DNA of 64,000 nucleotides from an uncultured Bacillota bacterium (GTDB lineage: Bacteria > Bacillota_I > Bacilli_A > RFN20 > CAG-826): positions 279,812 through 343,811 of the forward strand of contig CASFDV010000002.1 of assembly GCA_949293555.1 (NCBI GenBank). Direction: 5' to 3'. Positions 28,595 to 37,949 of the stretch are shown one piece after another (position 1 is the first letter of the stretch; each line of letters begins with the position of its first letter). A model generated the notes under the pieces. It had not been told where the DNA came from. It saw only the letters and a list, made by a program, of their open reading frames with translations, and made no database searches. The position numbers and the translations under genes are program-made.

Positions 28595-30271
28595 ATGGTT
28601 GGAAACGATGAGATCGCCGAGCTCCTGCTTCCCGAGACGAAGCTGACTCCCGAGGAGCTGGAGAGTCGCTACCCGGAAAGGAGCCTTCCCGAAGGGGCCT
28701 ACGTCACGCGCTTCGCCCCCTCGCCGACGGGCTTCCTCCATACAGGGAGCCTTTTCACCGCCTTCCTCGCCCATCGCCTCGCCAAGCAGTCGGGCGGGGT
28801 CTTCTTCCTCCGGATCGAGGACACCGACACCAAGCGCACGATCGCCGGCTCCGCGGAGGAGCTGATCGAACAGCTCGCCCGCTTCGGCATCATCGCCGAC
28901 GAGGGCTTCCTCCCCGAAGGCGAGAAGGGGGACTATGGCCCCTACCGGCAGAGCGAGAGAGGGGAGATATACAAGGTTTTCGTGAAGAAGCTCCTTAAGG
29001 AAGGGAAAGCCTATCCTGATTTTTGCACCGCCGAGGACCTAGCGAGGATCCGCGCCGTTCAGGAAGCGAGCAAGGTCATCCCCGGCTACTGGGGCCCCTA
29101 CGCGAGGGACCGGAAGCTGACCAACGAGGAAAGGAAGGTAAGGATTCTTCGCGGGGATCCCTGGGTCATCCGCTTCCGGAGCGAGGGGAACCACGACCGA
29201 AAGGTCCGCTTCCACGACGAGATCCGCGGCGACCTCGACATCGCTGAGAACGACATCGACGTCGTCATCCTCAAGAGCGACGGCCTCCCCACCTACCATT
29301 TCGCCCACGTCGTGGACGACCACCTCATGCGGACGAACCTCGTCTCCCGCGGGGAGGAATGGATCCCTTCCACCCCCGTCCACCTCGAGCTTTTCCGCGC
29401 CCTCGGATGGGAGCGCCCCCGCTACGCCCATCTCCCGGTCATCATGAAGCTCGACCACGGGAACAAAAGGAAGCTTTCCAAGCGCAAGGACCCGGAGGCC
29501 GCCGTCTCCTACTTCCTGAAGGAGGGATATCCGCCCGAGTCGCTTCTCGTCTACCTCATGTCGATCGCCAACTCGAACTTCGAGGAATGGACCGAGAAGG
29601 AAGGGTCCTTCGACTACCGCCTGTTCCCCTTCTCGCTCGGGAAGATGTCCCTGGACGGGGCGCTCTTCGACCTCGACAAGCTGACCTTCTTCTCGCGCGA
29701 GCTCCTCGCCAGGTGGAGGGGGAAGGACATGCTTCCGCCGCTCCTTTCCTGGGCGAAGGAAAACGACCACGCCCTTGCCAGACGCGTGGAGAAGGATCCT
29801 TCCTACATGGAGAAGATCCTCGATATCGAGAAGGACCGCCCCAATCCCCGGAAGGACTACGCGAAGTGGTCCGACGTCGCTCCCGCCACCTCTTTCTTCT
29901 ACCGCGACCTCTTCGAACCCCTTGAAGACAAGGGCTTCCCCTACGACCCGAAGTACGAGCTCACCTTCGTCTCCTCCTGGCTTGAGGAATGCGCAGGGGA
30001 GATGCTCTATGGGGTCGACGAGGCCGCCTGGTGGGCAGGCGTCAAGGAGCTTGCGTCCAGACGCGGCTTCGCGACGAGGAACAAGGACTACAAGGAGCGT
30101 CCTGGGGACTACGTCGGCTCCCTGGTGGACGCGGCGGAGCTCCTGCGCCTCGCGATCACGGGGGCCAAGCGCTCCCCGAACCTCCACGAGGTCATCTCGA
30201 TCCTCGGCGAGGAGGAGACGAAGCGGCGGCTTCTCCACGAAGTCCGCCGTTCGGAGGAATCCGCCCAATAA
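28595..30271 (+). CDS. gltX: Glutamate--tRNA ligase
   Basis: TRFAPSPTGFLH, LRIEDTD, YGPYRQSER, VVDDHLM, KLSKR. Confidence 0.95.
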   Translation: MVGNDEIAELLLPETKLTPEELESRYPERSLPEGAYVTRFAPSPTGFLHTGSLFTAFLAHRLAKQSGGVFFLRIEDTDTKRTIAGSAEELIEQLARFGIIADEGFLPEGEKGDYGPYRQSERGEIYKVFVKKLLKEGKAYPDFCTAEDLARIRAVQEASKVIPGYWGPYARDRKLTNEERKVRILRGDPWVIRFRSEGNHDRKVRFHDEIRGDLDIAENDIDVVILKSDGLPTYHFAHVVDDHLMRTNLVSRGEEWIPSTPVHLELFRALGWERPRYAHLPVIMKLDHGNKRKLSKRKDPEAAVSYFLKEGYPPESLLVYLMSIANSNFEEWTEKEGSFDYRLFPFSLGKMSLDGALFDLDKLTFFSRELLARWRGKDMLPPLLSWAKENDHALARRVEKDPSYMEKILDIEKDRPNPRKDYAKWSDVAPATSFFYRDLFEPLEDKGFPYDPKYELTFVSSWLEECAGEMLYGVDEAAWWAGVKELASRRGFATRNKDYKERPGDYVGSLVDAAELLRLAITGAKRSPNLHEVISILGEEETKRRLLHEVRRSEESAQ

Positions 30272-30313
30272 AAAGTTGCATCCTCCTTGAGGGCGTGCTA
30301 TAAAACGCTCCGC

Positions 30314-30388
30314 GGCCCTGTGGTCAAGCGGCTAAGACGCAACCCTCTCAAGGTTGAATCCCGGGTTCGATTCCCGGCTGGGTCACCA
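30314..30388 (+). tRNA. tRNA-Glu(CTC)
   Basis: Anticodon arm CAACC-CTCTCAA-GGTTG; one U-U mismatch in the acceptor stem; CCA. Confidence 0.9.
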
Positions 30389-30468
30389 ACGAAGCGCCAG
30401 GCCCCGGAAATCCGGGGCCTTTTGCGTGCCTTCCCGCCCAAGGCGAATGAGGGTATCCTTCCTTCGTC

Positions 30469-32073
30469 ATGGCAACCAAGTACGTGTTCGTTACGGGAGG
30501 GGTGGTCTCCTCCCTTGGGAAAGGCATCTTCGCCTCTTCCCTCGGCCTTCTCCTGAAATCCGGAGGGCTCCGGGTCTCGATGATGAAGCTCGACCCCTAT
30601 CTGAACATCGACCCCGGGACGATGTCGCCCTACCAGCACGGGGAGGTTTACGTTACGGAGGACGGTGCCGAGACCGACCTCGACCTCGGCCATTACGAGA
30701 GGTGGATCGACGAGAACCTCACCAAGGAGAGCTCCCTTACCTCCGGGAAGGTCTACATGTCCGTGATGGACAAGGAGCGGCGCGGGGACTACCTCGGGGC
30801 CTGCATCCAGGTCATCCCCCACGTGACCGACGAGATCAAGATGCGGATCCGCGAGGCGGCGCGCGTCCAGAAGGCGGACGTCATCATCTGCGAGATCGGC
30901 GGGACGGTGGGGGACATCGAGTCCCTCCCCTTCCTCGAGGCGATCCGCGAGATGAGGCTCGAGGAAGGCGCGGGCTCCACCCTGTTCGTCCATAACACCC
31001 TTGTCCCTTACCTCCGTTCCGCGGAAGAGACGAAGACGAAGCCGACCCAGCACTCTGTGAAGGAGCTGCTTTCCCTCGGGATCCAGCCCGACGCGATCGT
31101 CCTCAGGACGGAGGTCCCCCTTACGGATTCCCAGCTGAAGAAAATATCCTTGTTCTGCAACGTTCCTGCCGAAGGCGTGTTCACCGCGCTGGACGAGAAG
31201 GTCGTCTACGACCTCCCTGTCCACCTCCATGAGCAGGGGCTTGAGTCCTATGTGCTCCGGAGGCTCGGTCTCGAGGAACGGGAAAGCGACCTTTCCTCGT
31301 GGAAGAAATGGATCGACTCCTTCAAGGAGAGGAAGGGGAAGGTGAGGATCGCCCTCGTCGGGAAGTACGTCGAGCTGAAGGACGCCTACCTCTCGGTGAA
31401 GAGCGCGCTCGTCCACGCCGGGACGAGGCTTGGGCGGAACATCGAGATCGACTGGATCAAGTCCTCCTCCCTGACGGAGGAAAACTGCGCTTCCTTGCTT
31501 GGGGAGGCCGACGGGATCCTCGTCCCCGGAGGTTTCGGGGAGCGGGGAAGCGAGGGGAAGAAGGTCGCGATCCGCTACGCCCGGGAGCAAGGGGTCCCCT
31601 TCCTCGGGATCTGCTTCGGGATGCAGCTGGCCATCATCGAGTTCGCCCAGCATGTCCTCGGGTGGGAGGATGCGGATTCCGCGGAGTTCGATCCCCGCTC
31701 CGCCCGCCCAGTCATCGATCTTCTCCGCGGGCAATACGACGGGATCGAGCTAGGAGGCACGATGCGCCTGGGGAACTACCCTTGCCTCACGAAGGAAGGG
31801 ACGCTTGCCCGGAAGCTTTACGGGCAGGAGAGGATCGAGGAGCGCCACCGCCACCGCTACGAGTTCAACGCCTGCTACCGCGAGGACTTCGAGAAGGCCG
31901 GGCTTTGCTTCTCCGGGATCAATCCGGACTCCGGGCTCGTGGAGATCGTCGAGCTGCCCGGCCATCCTTATTTCGTCGCCTCGCAGTTCCATCCCGAGTT
32001 CACCTCGCGCCCTCTTCGGCCGAACCCCCTATTCCTTGGGTTCGTCGAGGCGGCGATGAAGAGAAGGGGATGA
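30469..32073 (+). CDS. pyrG: CTP synthase
   Basis: TGGVVSSLGKG, DPYLNIDPGTMSP, GICFGMQ, ERHRHRYE, QFHPE. Confidence 0.97.
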   Translation: MATKYVFVTGGVVSSLGKGIFASSLGLLLKSGGLRVSMMKLDPYLNIDPGTMSPYQHGEVYVTEDGAETDLDLGHYERWIDENLTKESSLTSGKVYMSVMDKERRGDYLGACIQVIPHVTDEIKMRIREAARVQKADVIICEIGGTVGDIESLPFLEAIREMRLEEGAGSTLFVHNTLVPYLRSAEETKTKPTQHSVKELLSLGIQPDAIVLRTEVPLTDSQLKKISLFCNVPAEGVFTALDEKVVYDLPVHLHEQGLESYVLRRLGLEERESDLSSWKKWIDSFKERKGKVRIALVGKYVELKDAYLSVKSALVHAGTRLGRNIEIDWIKSSSLTEENCASLLGEADGILVPGGFGERGSEGKKVAIRYAREQGVPFLGICFGMQLAIIEFAQHVLGWEDADSAEFDPRSARPVIDLLRGQYDGIELGGTMRLGNYPCLTKEGTLARKLYGQERIEERHRHRYEFNACYREDFEKAGLCFSGINPDSGLVEIVELPGHPYFVASQFHPEFTSRPLRPNPLFLGFVEAAMKRRG

Positions 32074-32939
32074 TCCTCTTCCTCCACGGCGCCCTCGCCC
32101 GAAGGGACAAGAGGGCCCTCCCTCGGAAAATCCGTGCCTTCCTCCTGGAGGAAGGCCTTCCTTTCCGAGAACTTTCCGCCTTGGACCGGGAAGACTATTT
32201 CCAAGAAGTCCGTTCGCTGGGGAAGGGGGACGTCCTCCTCGCGCTCGGGGGAGACGGCACCCTATCCCTTGCCGCGGATGCTCTCATGAGGATTCGGGAA
32301 GAAGAGCGCCCCGCCTTCCTATTGGTCCCCGGGGGCACCCTCGGGGACGGGGCGAGGAACATATGGGGGAAGAAGCCCCTTGCTCTCTTGCTTTCCTCCC
32401 TTGAGAACGGGAGGAGGAAGAAGATCGACGTCCTCCGCGCAGGGCTCGACGGCGGTCTTTCCGTGCATTTCCTATACATGGCCTCCGCGGGGGCTTTCTC
32501 CGGGGTCGCCTCCCGCGCCTCAAGAAGGAACAAGGCCTTGCTCGGGCGTCTTTCCTATATCTTCCTCGCCCTCTCCGAAGGGCTTTTCTTATGGAAAAGG
32601 CTAGGAGTTTCGCTTCGGATCAATGGCAAAAGGGAGAAGGAGGAGCGCCTTTCCTTCCTCCTCGCGCTGAACGGGAGGAGGATCGCGGGGCTCCCTCTTC
32701 AGGGGGCTGGGCCGATCGACGACGGGAAGGCGGAGCTAAGGCTCGGGAAAGGGAGGGGCCTTTCCTCGGCCTTGAGGGTTCTCGCCTCATTTCCTGGAGA
32801 TATCTTCCAAACCCCTTCTTTTTTGGCGGAATTTTCCCAAATGACCGAGATTTGCATAGATGGGGAGCCCTACCGCTCCTCAACGCTTCGGGTCGAAGTG
32901 CTGCCCGGGGCGCTGGAAATCCTCGTGCCTTGCGAGTAA
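32070..32939 (+). CDS. Diacylglycerol/lipid kinase family protein (YegS/DagK-like, divergent)
   Basis: GGDGT, PGGT, IDGE; start ATG 32070 overlaps the pyrG stop. Confidence 0.75.
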   Translation: MILFLHGALARRDKRALPRKIRAFLLEEGLPFRELSALDREDYFQEVRSLGKGDVLLALGGDGTLSLAADALMRIREEERPAFLLVPGGTLGDGARNIWGKKPLALLLSSLENGRRKKIDVLRAGLDGGLSVHFLYMASAGAFSGVASRASRRNKALLGRLSYIFLALSEGLFLWKRLGVSLRINGKREKEERLSFLLALNGRRIAGLPLQGAGPIDDGKAELRLGKGRGLSSALRVLASFPGDIFQTPSFLAEFSQMTEICIDGEPYRSSTLRVEVLPGALEILVPCE

Positions 32940-33041
32940 AGCGCCCCGCCTTTGCGAGGATTTTCTTGAAGAAACCCCTTTCAGCATTCAGGTCATCGGC
33001 TATAATCCGGATATACATATTTGGGAAAAGGAGACCCGAAC

Positions 33042-35384
33042 ATGAAGAAAAGCGCTGTCGTTCTCTCCATCCTGGCATTCGTATTCACGGTGCTGGGCAT
33101 CGTCCTCATCGGACTGACCCCGATGATTTCCGCGACGAACTGGCTTCCGACGACCGGTTTCGTCGACACCGCCCAGGCGTTCATCGACGCTTTCTTCACG
33201 AGCACGGCGCCCTATGCGAAGGCCTGGAGCCTGGTGCTCGAGGGGAACATCTACTGCGTGCTCGCCTTTGCCGCCGTCTGCGTGTTCCTCGTCCTCTGGC
33301 TCGTGCATTTCATCGTGCTCCTTGCCAGGAGGCGCTACCGCTCCCTCTTCCCGAACCTCATGTGGCTCATCTTCGGCGGCATCACGACCGGCTTCTGCTG
33401 CATGGCCCTCGTCCCCGGGATGCTTCCCCTGAACGAGGCGACCGCCGCCCTCAGCACCAACCTCAACGGCGTCAACGTCTTCCGTTTCCTCTTCCTCGGG
33501 CAGGGCGAGACCGCTGCCTTCGTCAATAGCGGCGATAACCCCGTGCTCGCCTGGGTCCTTGCGATCGTGATGGCGCTCCCGGCAGCCCTCGGCTCCCTCG
33601 CTTGGCTCTTCGGCATCATCTCCGTCATCTGCGGGATCGGCGACTGCATCGCCAACCCCGGCGCCAAGCGCGACAGGAGCAAGGCCGCCGAGCGCGCCAA
33701 GGCCCGCGCCCTTTCCGACGCCCGCCTCCCGGTCGACGACGAGGACGCCCTCAAGGCCGCCATGTACGACGAGCTTGATCCGAGCCCCAAGGCCATCGTC
33801 GCCACCACGCCCGAGAAGAAGGGCGACGTCCCCGTCATCGTCCAGCACATCTACTACAATGGGCAGCCTGTCTCCGAGACGAGGACCGAGCCCAAGCCCG
33901 AGCCAAAGCCCGAGCCTGCCCCCGCTCCTGAGGTGAAGGAGCAGGAGAAGGAGATCCACATCCATATCTACAACCCCGCGCCCGAGGCGAAGAAGGAGGA
34001 GCCCAAGCCCGAGCCCAAGCCCGAGCCAAAGCCCGAGCCGAAGCCCGAGCCTGCCCCCGCCCCCGTCGAGGAGGAGCGCCCGCTCACCGCTCGCGAGCTC
34101 CGCGCCATCATCAAGGAAGCGCTCGACGACCACGACCATCCGGACAACGACCGCCCGCTGACCGACGAGGACGCCAGGCAGCTTGTCCGCCAGGAACTTA
34201 ACGAGTACTACGACAAGGAACTCCCTGATTTCGAGGACGACTACATCGACGACGAGGACGAAGGGCTGCTCACCATCGATGAGCTCCGCGACGTCATTCA
34301 CGAAGAGATCGCAGAGGCCCTCGCAGGACTGAAGCCCGCCGAGGAGGCCCCTGCTCCGGAAGAACCCGCCGAGGAGCCCGTCCAGGAGGAAGCCGCCCCC
34401 GCGATCAGCAAGGACGACATCAAGGCCATCGTCCAGGAGGAGATCGCCGCTCTCGTCCGTTCGCTGGACGAGAAGGAAGCCGCCCGCAAGAGCGAGGAGG
34501 ATGCCAAGGCCGAGGAAGCCAAGAAGGCCGAGGAAGCCGAGGCGGAATCCGCCAAGGCCGAGGCCCTGAAAAAGGCCGAGGAAGAGGAAGCTCTCCGCGC
34601 CAAGAAGGAAGAGGAGGAGCGCGCCGCCCGCGAGGAGGCCGCCGCCCTCCAGGCCGAGGTCGACAACGCCCAGAACGAGGCCATCCGCGCCCTCCAGGAT
34701 TCCCTCCTGAAGGCGGAGGACATCCGCGAGATCCTCAAGGAGGAGCTTGCCAAGCTCCCCCGCCCCGAGCCCGTGGTCATCGAGAAGACGGTCGAGGCTC
34801 CCGCCCCCGCTCCCCAGCCTGAGCCCGAGCCCGAGCCGGAGCCCGAGCCTGCCTCCGAGCCCGCGCCCGCGCCGGTCGTCGAGCCTGCCCCCGAGCCTGT
34901 TCCCGAAGCCCCGAAGCCGAAGATCGTGAGGATCCCCTTCCCCACGAGGCTCCTGAACGCCGACGACGAGATGAAGGCGAACTACAACGAGCTCAAGGCC
35001 GAGTGCCTCAGCTACGGGCTCAAGAGCCGCCTCAGCAACTCCGGCGACACCTTCCGCCTCCACACCAAGACCTACGTCAAGATCACGGTGGCGGGCAAGT
35101 CGCTGAAGCTCTACTTCGCGCTCGACCCGAAGGACTACGAGCACTCGACGATCCCGGTCAAGGACGCGGGCGGGAAGAACATCTACCGCGAGATCCCGGT
35201 CGTGTTCAAGGTCAAGAGCGCGCTCTCGATGAAGAGGGCGAAGCAGCTGATCGCCGACGCCTGCGAGCACGACGACCTCGAGCAGGGCAAGATCCCGGCC
35301 AAGGACTACGCCGCCGACCTCATCCACTACCGTCCCCAGAACTCCGGTCCTTCGGACGACGAGGGCGAGGACGAGGAAGAGTAG
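33042..35384 (+). CDS. Large membrane-anchored acidic, proline-rich protein with a basic C-terminal globular domain
   Basis: TATAAT at 33001, SD AAGGAG; several N-terminal TMs, EPKP/PEPE repeats, E/A/K coiled coil; strongly biased codon usage. Confidence 0.8.
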   Translation: MKKSAVVLSILAFVFTVLGIVLIGLTPMISATNWLPTTGFVDTAQAFIDAFFTSTAPYAKAWSLVLEGNIYCVLAFAAVCVFLVLWLVHFIVLLARRRYRSLFPNLMWLIFGGITTGFCCMALVPGMLPLNEATAALSTNLNGVNVFRFLFLGQGETAAFVNSGDNPVLAWVLAIVMALPAALGSLAWLFGIISVICGIGDCIANPGAKRDRSKAAERAKARALSDARLPVDDEDALKAAMYDELDPSPKAIVATTPEKKGDVPVIVQHIYYNGQPVSETRTEPKPEPKPEPAPAPEVKEQEKEIHIHIYNPAPEAKKEEPKPEPKPEPKPEPKPEPAPAPVEEERPLTARELRAIIKEALDDHDHPDNDRPLTDEDARQLVRQELNEYYDKELPDFEDDYIDDEDEGLLTIDELRDVIHEEIAEALAGLKPAEEAPAPEEPAEEPVQEEAAPAISKDDIKAIVQEEIAALVRSLDEKEAARKSEEDAKAEEAKKAEEAEAESAKAEALKKAEEEEALRAKKEEEERAAREEAAALQAEVDNAQNEAIRALQDSLLKAEDIREILKEELAKLPRPEPVVIEKTVEAPAPAPQPEPEPEPEPEPASEPAPAPVVEPAPEPVPEAPKPKIVRIPFPTRLLNADDEMKANYNELKAECLSYGLKSRLSNSGDTFRLHTKTYVKITVAGKSLKLYFALDPKDYEHSTIPVKDAGGKNIYREIPVVFKVKSALSMKRAKQLIADACEHDDLEQGKIPAKDYAADLIHYRPQNSGPSDDEGEDEEE
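33888..34063 (+). repeat. GAGCCCAAGCCC-type 12-bp coding repeats (EPKP)n
   Basis: Two tandem blocks encoding EPKPEPKPEPAPAP and EPKPEPKPEPKPEPKPEPAPAP. Confidence 0.8.
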
Positions 35385-35471
35385 CCCCGGCTAAGCTTCC
35401 AAAGGGCATCCGCAAGGGTGCCCTTTCTTTATGGAAGGCGAAAGAAAAAAGCGCCTCCAGGGCGCTCTCTC

Positions 35472-36023
35472 TTAGTTGGAAAGACCCCGCCTTTCCAGCT
35501 CCTTCTGATAAAGGGAGCGGACTTCCGCGGCGATATCCATGAGAGGACGCCCGTCCGTCCTGATCGTGAAGTCGGTCCTCATGACTCTTCCGGGCGCGAA
35601 GCCCGTGTCGTCCAGAAGCAGCCTTTTCTCGATCAGTTCCGGGAGGTCGCCCCTCCCTTCCATCCTCCTGCGCCTTTCCTCGCGGGAAGCCTCGAGGAGG
35701 AAGGTGACGACCCTTGGGTTATTGAGGGCGAGGAAGCTCCTGAGGCCGTTGGGATCGACGACGACGGCCTTCCCCTCGCTCACCTGGTCCTTCCCGCATC
35801 CATAGTAGTTGCCGCCGTAGAAGGTGTGCTCGACGAAGAAGCAGGAAGAGAGAAGCTCGAGGAAGCGCTCCTTGGTCACGAAGAAATAGTCGATCCCGTC
35901 CTTCTCGCCTTTCCTGGGGGCCCTTGTCGTATGGGTGACGGCCTTCTGGATGCCGTATTCGTTCCTGAGGATGCGCGCGACCTCGGTCTTTCCGCTCGCG
36001 GAGGCGCCTACCAATATCACCAT
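35472..36023 (-). CDS. gmk: Guanylate kinase
   Basis: GASASGKT, THTTRAPRKGEKDGIDYFF, NYYG; start moved to MVILVG. Confidence 0.9.
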   Translation of the reverse strand: MVILVGASASGKTEVARILRNEYGIQKAVTHTTRAPRKGEKDGIDYFFVTKERFLELLSSCFFVEHTFYGGNYYGCGKDQVSEGKAVVVDPNGLRSFLALNNPRVVTFLLEASREERRRRMEGRGDLPELIEKRLLLDDTGFAPGRVMRTDFTIRTDGRPLMDIAAEVRSLYQKELERRGLSN

Positions 36024-36142
36024 TCCCGGATAATATCCGGAACATTCGGAAATAACCATCGAGAAACCTGCCACTTTTTCAAAGTCCGTGGGGCAAGCCG
36101 GGCTTTTCCCCGCCTATATAATGGGCGAAGGAGGTGCCACCC

Positions 36143-36508
36143 ATGAACCAAACTTTCCCCTTCTCCCTGAAGGCGGATTCCCGTGGCTGCTCGATCCTGG
36201 TCGGAAGCGTGTACCGCCAGGCCCTTGTCGAGATCGGATATAGCCCTGACCGGCACGTGTACGATCTCGACAGGGAGTACGTCGGCCGTTGCCGGGGGAC
36301 TGCCGCCGGGCAATTCCTCGAGAGCGTGATCGCCCTCTACGATTCCCTCCCCAACATCGAGCGGAAGCTTTTCCTCTGCGACTGCCTCGAGCGCGGACGC
36401 CACTACGTATGGTGGTGGTACGAATGGTTCGACCGCAAGACGTATAGCCGCATGAGCCGGCTCGTCCAGGACAAGGTCAGGCGGCGCTTCGCCCCCGAGG
36501 CGGCGTAG
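36143..36508 (+). CDS. MG284/MPN403-like small protein (putative sigma region-4/ArpU-like DNA-binding regulator)
   Basis: 121 aa, SD GGAGGT; C-terminal SLPNIERKLF...WWWYEWFDRKTYSR resembles the family WW..(Y/F)..STFYR helix-turn-helix; recognised by eye. Confidence 0.55.
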   Translation: MNQTFPFSLKADSRGCSILVGSVYRQALVEIGYSPDRHVYDLDREYVGRCRGTAAGQFLESVIALYDSLPNIERKLFLCDCLERGRHYVWWWYEWFDRKTYSRMSRLVQDKVRRRFAPEAA

Positions 36509-36510
36509 GG

Positions 36511-37575
36511 ATGGGAACCTTGTCGAGGGGCCTCCTTCTTTTCCTCATGCCCATGGGGATCCTGCCTGCCTCTTCTTCCGGGATGGTCCAGGGCAGCGTC
36601 TGCCGCCCGAGCGCTCCCTGGCTCACCTTCGACTTCCCGGCCTACGACGGAGGCGACAAGTACGTCTTCCACTACGAGTTCACATCCCCTGTCGACCTGG
36701 ATTTCGGGTTCCAACTTTATATCGAAAACCCCAGGAACCCCGCGACCACCTATGGAAGCAGGGGGAGGCTCGTCCTCGACTATTCCGGCTTCCCGGACAA
36801 GTGCGAGGCCGGCGACTCCGTGATCGGGATGGGAGTGCTGACCTCTTCCTCGATGTCCGTCCGCTACAACAACATGACCTTCATCACCGAGACCCGGGCG
36901 GAAGACGGGACGATCTGCCGTTGGGCGACGGTCTTCGAGGTCGGATATGCCATCCCCTATCACTTCGAGTTCTCGGCCAGCGGGAACGGCTTCAGCGCCC
37001 AGACGGCGAACGGCGTCGCGGCGAAAGGGGGCATCATCTACACCCAGCCATGGCGCTTCTACTACCGCGACCTCGAGGAAAGCTACCACAACCCCGTGGC
37101 AGGGATCCTTCCCCTCGGGGAGATGCTCTTCAAGGAAGAGGACTACAAGTACGTAAGCGTGGACTGGGAGCCGGAGACGCTCGTCCTCCGCCTCTTCGAC
37201 CACTTCGAGGAGTTCCCGCATCTCCCCTCCAAGTGGCTCGAGGACGGGCGGGAATGCATCGAGATCCCCCTCGTCACGAAGGATGGCGACTTCGGGTCTT
37301 ATCGCTCGCTCAGGACGAAGGAGGTCTACTGCTATTCCAGGGACGGGAAGGAGATGAAGCCTCTTTCCGCCCGGGAGCCGGGCGACCTCATCGGGAACGA
37401 GTTCAGGATCCCGCGGGTCGGCTCGGGGGAAGGGAAGGAGTACGCCTTCGAGATATTCGCCGACGGGTTCGGGGAACTCGACCGCTGGAGGTTCACCTAC
37501 CCATTCAGCGTGACCGTGGACCGCAACTGGTTCGGCTCCTGCCGCACCTCCGCCTGGTGCGTGGAGGAAATCTGA
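36511..37575 (+). CDS. Hypothetical exported protein (beta-rich, C-terminal Cys pair)
   Basis: N-terminal hydrophobic signal-like segment; aromatic-rich; tightly coupled to neighbours. Confidence 0.7.
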   Translation: MGTLSRGLLLFLMPMGILPASSSGMVQGSVCRPSAPWLTFDFPAYDGGDKYVFHYEFTSPVDLDFGFQLYIENPRNPATTYGSRGRLVLDYSGFPDKCEAGDSVIGMGVLTSSSMSVRYNNMTFITETRAEDGTICRWATVFEVGYAIPYHFEFSASGNGFSAQTANGVAAKGGIIYTQPWRFYYRDLEESYHNPVAGILPLGEMLFKEEDYKYVSVDWEPETLVLRLFDHFEEFPHLPSKWLEDGRECIEIPLVTKDGDFGSYRSLRTKEVYCYSRDGKEMKPLSAREPGDLIGNEFRIPRVGSGEGKEYAFEIFADGFGELDRWRFTYPFSVTVDRNWFGSCRTSAWCVEEI

Positions 37576-37949
37576 TGCTGCAGTTCCTGTCCGCGGCGAT
37601 CCTCATTGCCTTCTCCTTCCAGCTTTTCTCCGCGACCCGGGCGCACGGGGTCCTCGCCAGGACCTGGCATGGCTTCTCCAAGGAGATGCTCTACGGGGCG
37701 ATCGTCAGCCCGCCCAACGCCGATCTCGCCCCTTACTGGGATACCGTCAAGGCGAAGTCGATCACCGAGGAATACTTCGAGACTTCCTTCGCCGGATACG
37801 GGGTGAGCTGGGAAAGCCTCGTGAAAGGGGAGGGAATCGAACAATCACGACCCAGCGAGCTGACCATCTCTTTGGAGGCAAGGATGAGCGGGATCCCCCT
37901 CCTATACGACGAAAGGACGTTCCGCATCCAGGAAGGAGACAAGGCATGA
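37575..37949 (+). CDS. Hypothetical N-terminally anchored protein (possible pseudopilin-like)
   Basis: ATG 37575 after SD GGAGG; MLQFLSAAILIAFSFQLF hydrophobic start; overlaps both neighbours. Confidence 0.65.
   Translation: MLQFLSAAILIAFSFQLFSATRAHGVLARTWHGFSKEMLYGAIVSPPNADLAPYWDTVKAKSITEEYFETSFAGYGVSWESLVKGEGIEQSRPSELTISLEARMSGIPLLYDERTFRIQEGDKA

Noticed and set aside
30337..30358. Anticodon arm of tRNA-Glu(CTC) identical to that of tRNA-Arg(CCG) apart from the anticodon
   Set aside because: The rest of the molecule is Glu-like and resembles tRNA-Glu(TTC); a short self-complementary match is not enough to claim chimerism.
33888..34920. Tandem repeats as a CRISPR array or non-coding VNTR
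   Set aside because: In-frame 6/12-bp coding repeats (EPKP, PE) with no unique spacers; no cas genes in the window.
33000..35327. Long antisense or alternate-frame ORFs (e.g. 33000-35327, 60551-62095, 30298-31734, 4495-5811)
   Set aside because: Shadows of GC3-biased real genes on the opposite strand; no recognisable motifs or initiation signals.
36040..36052. LexA (Cheo) box-like GAAC upstream of the pilus operon, and GTTCG near 54137
   Set aside because: Only half-sites; no GAAC-N4-GTTC.
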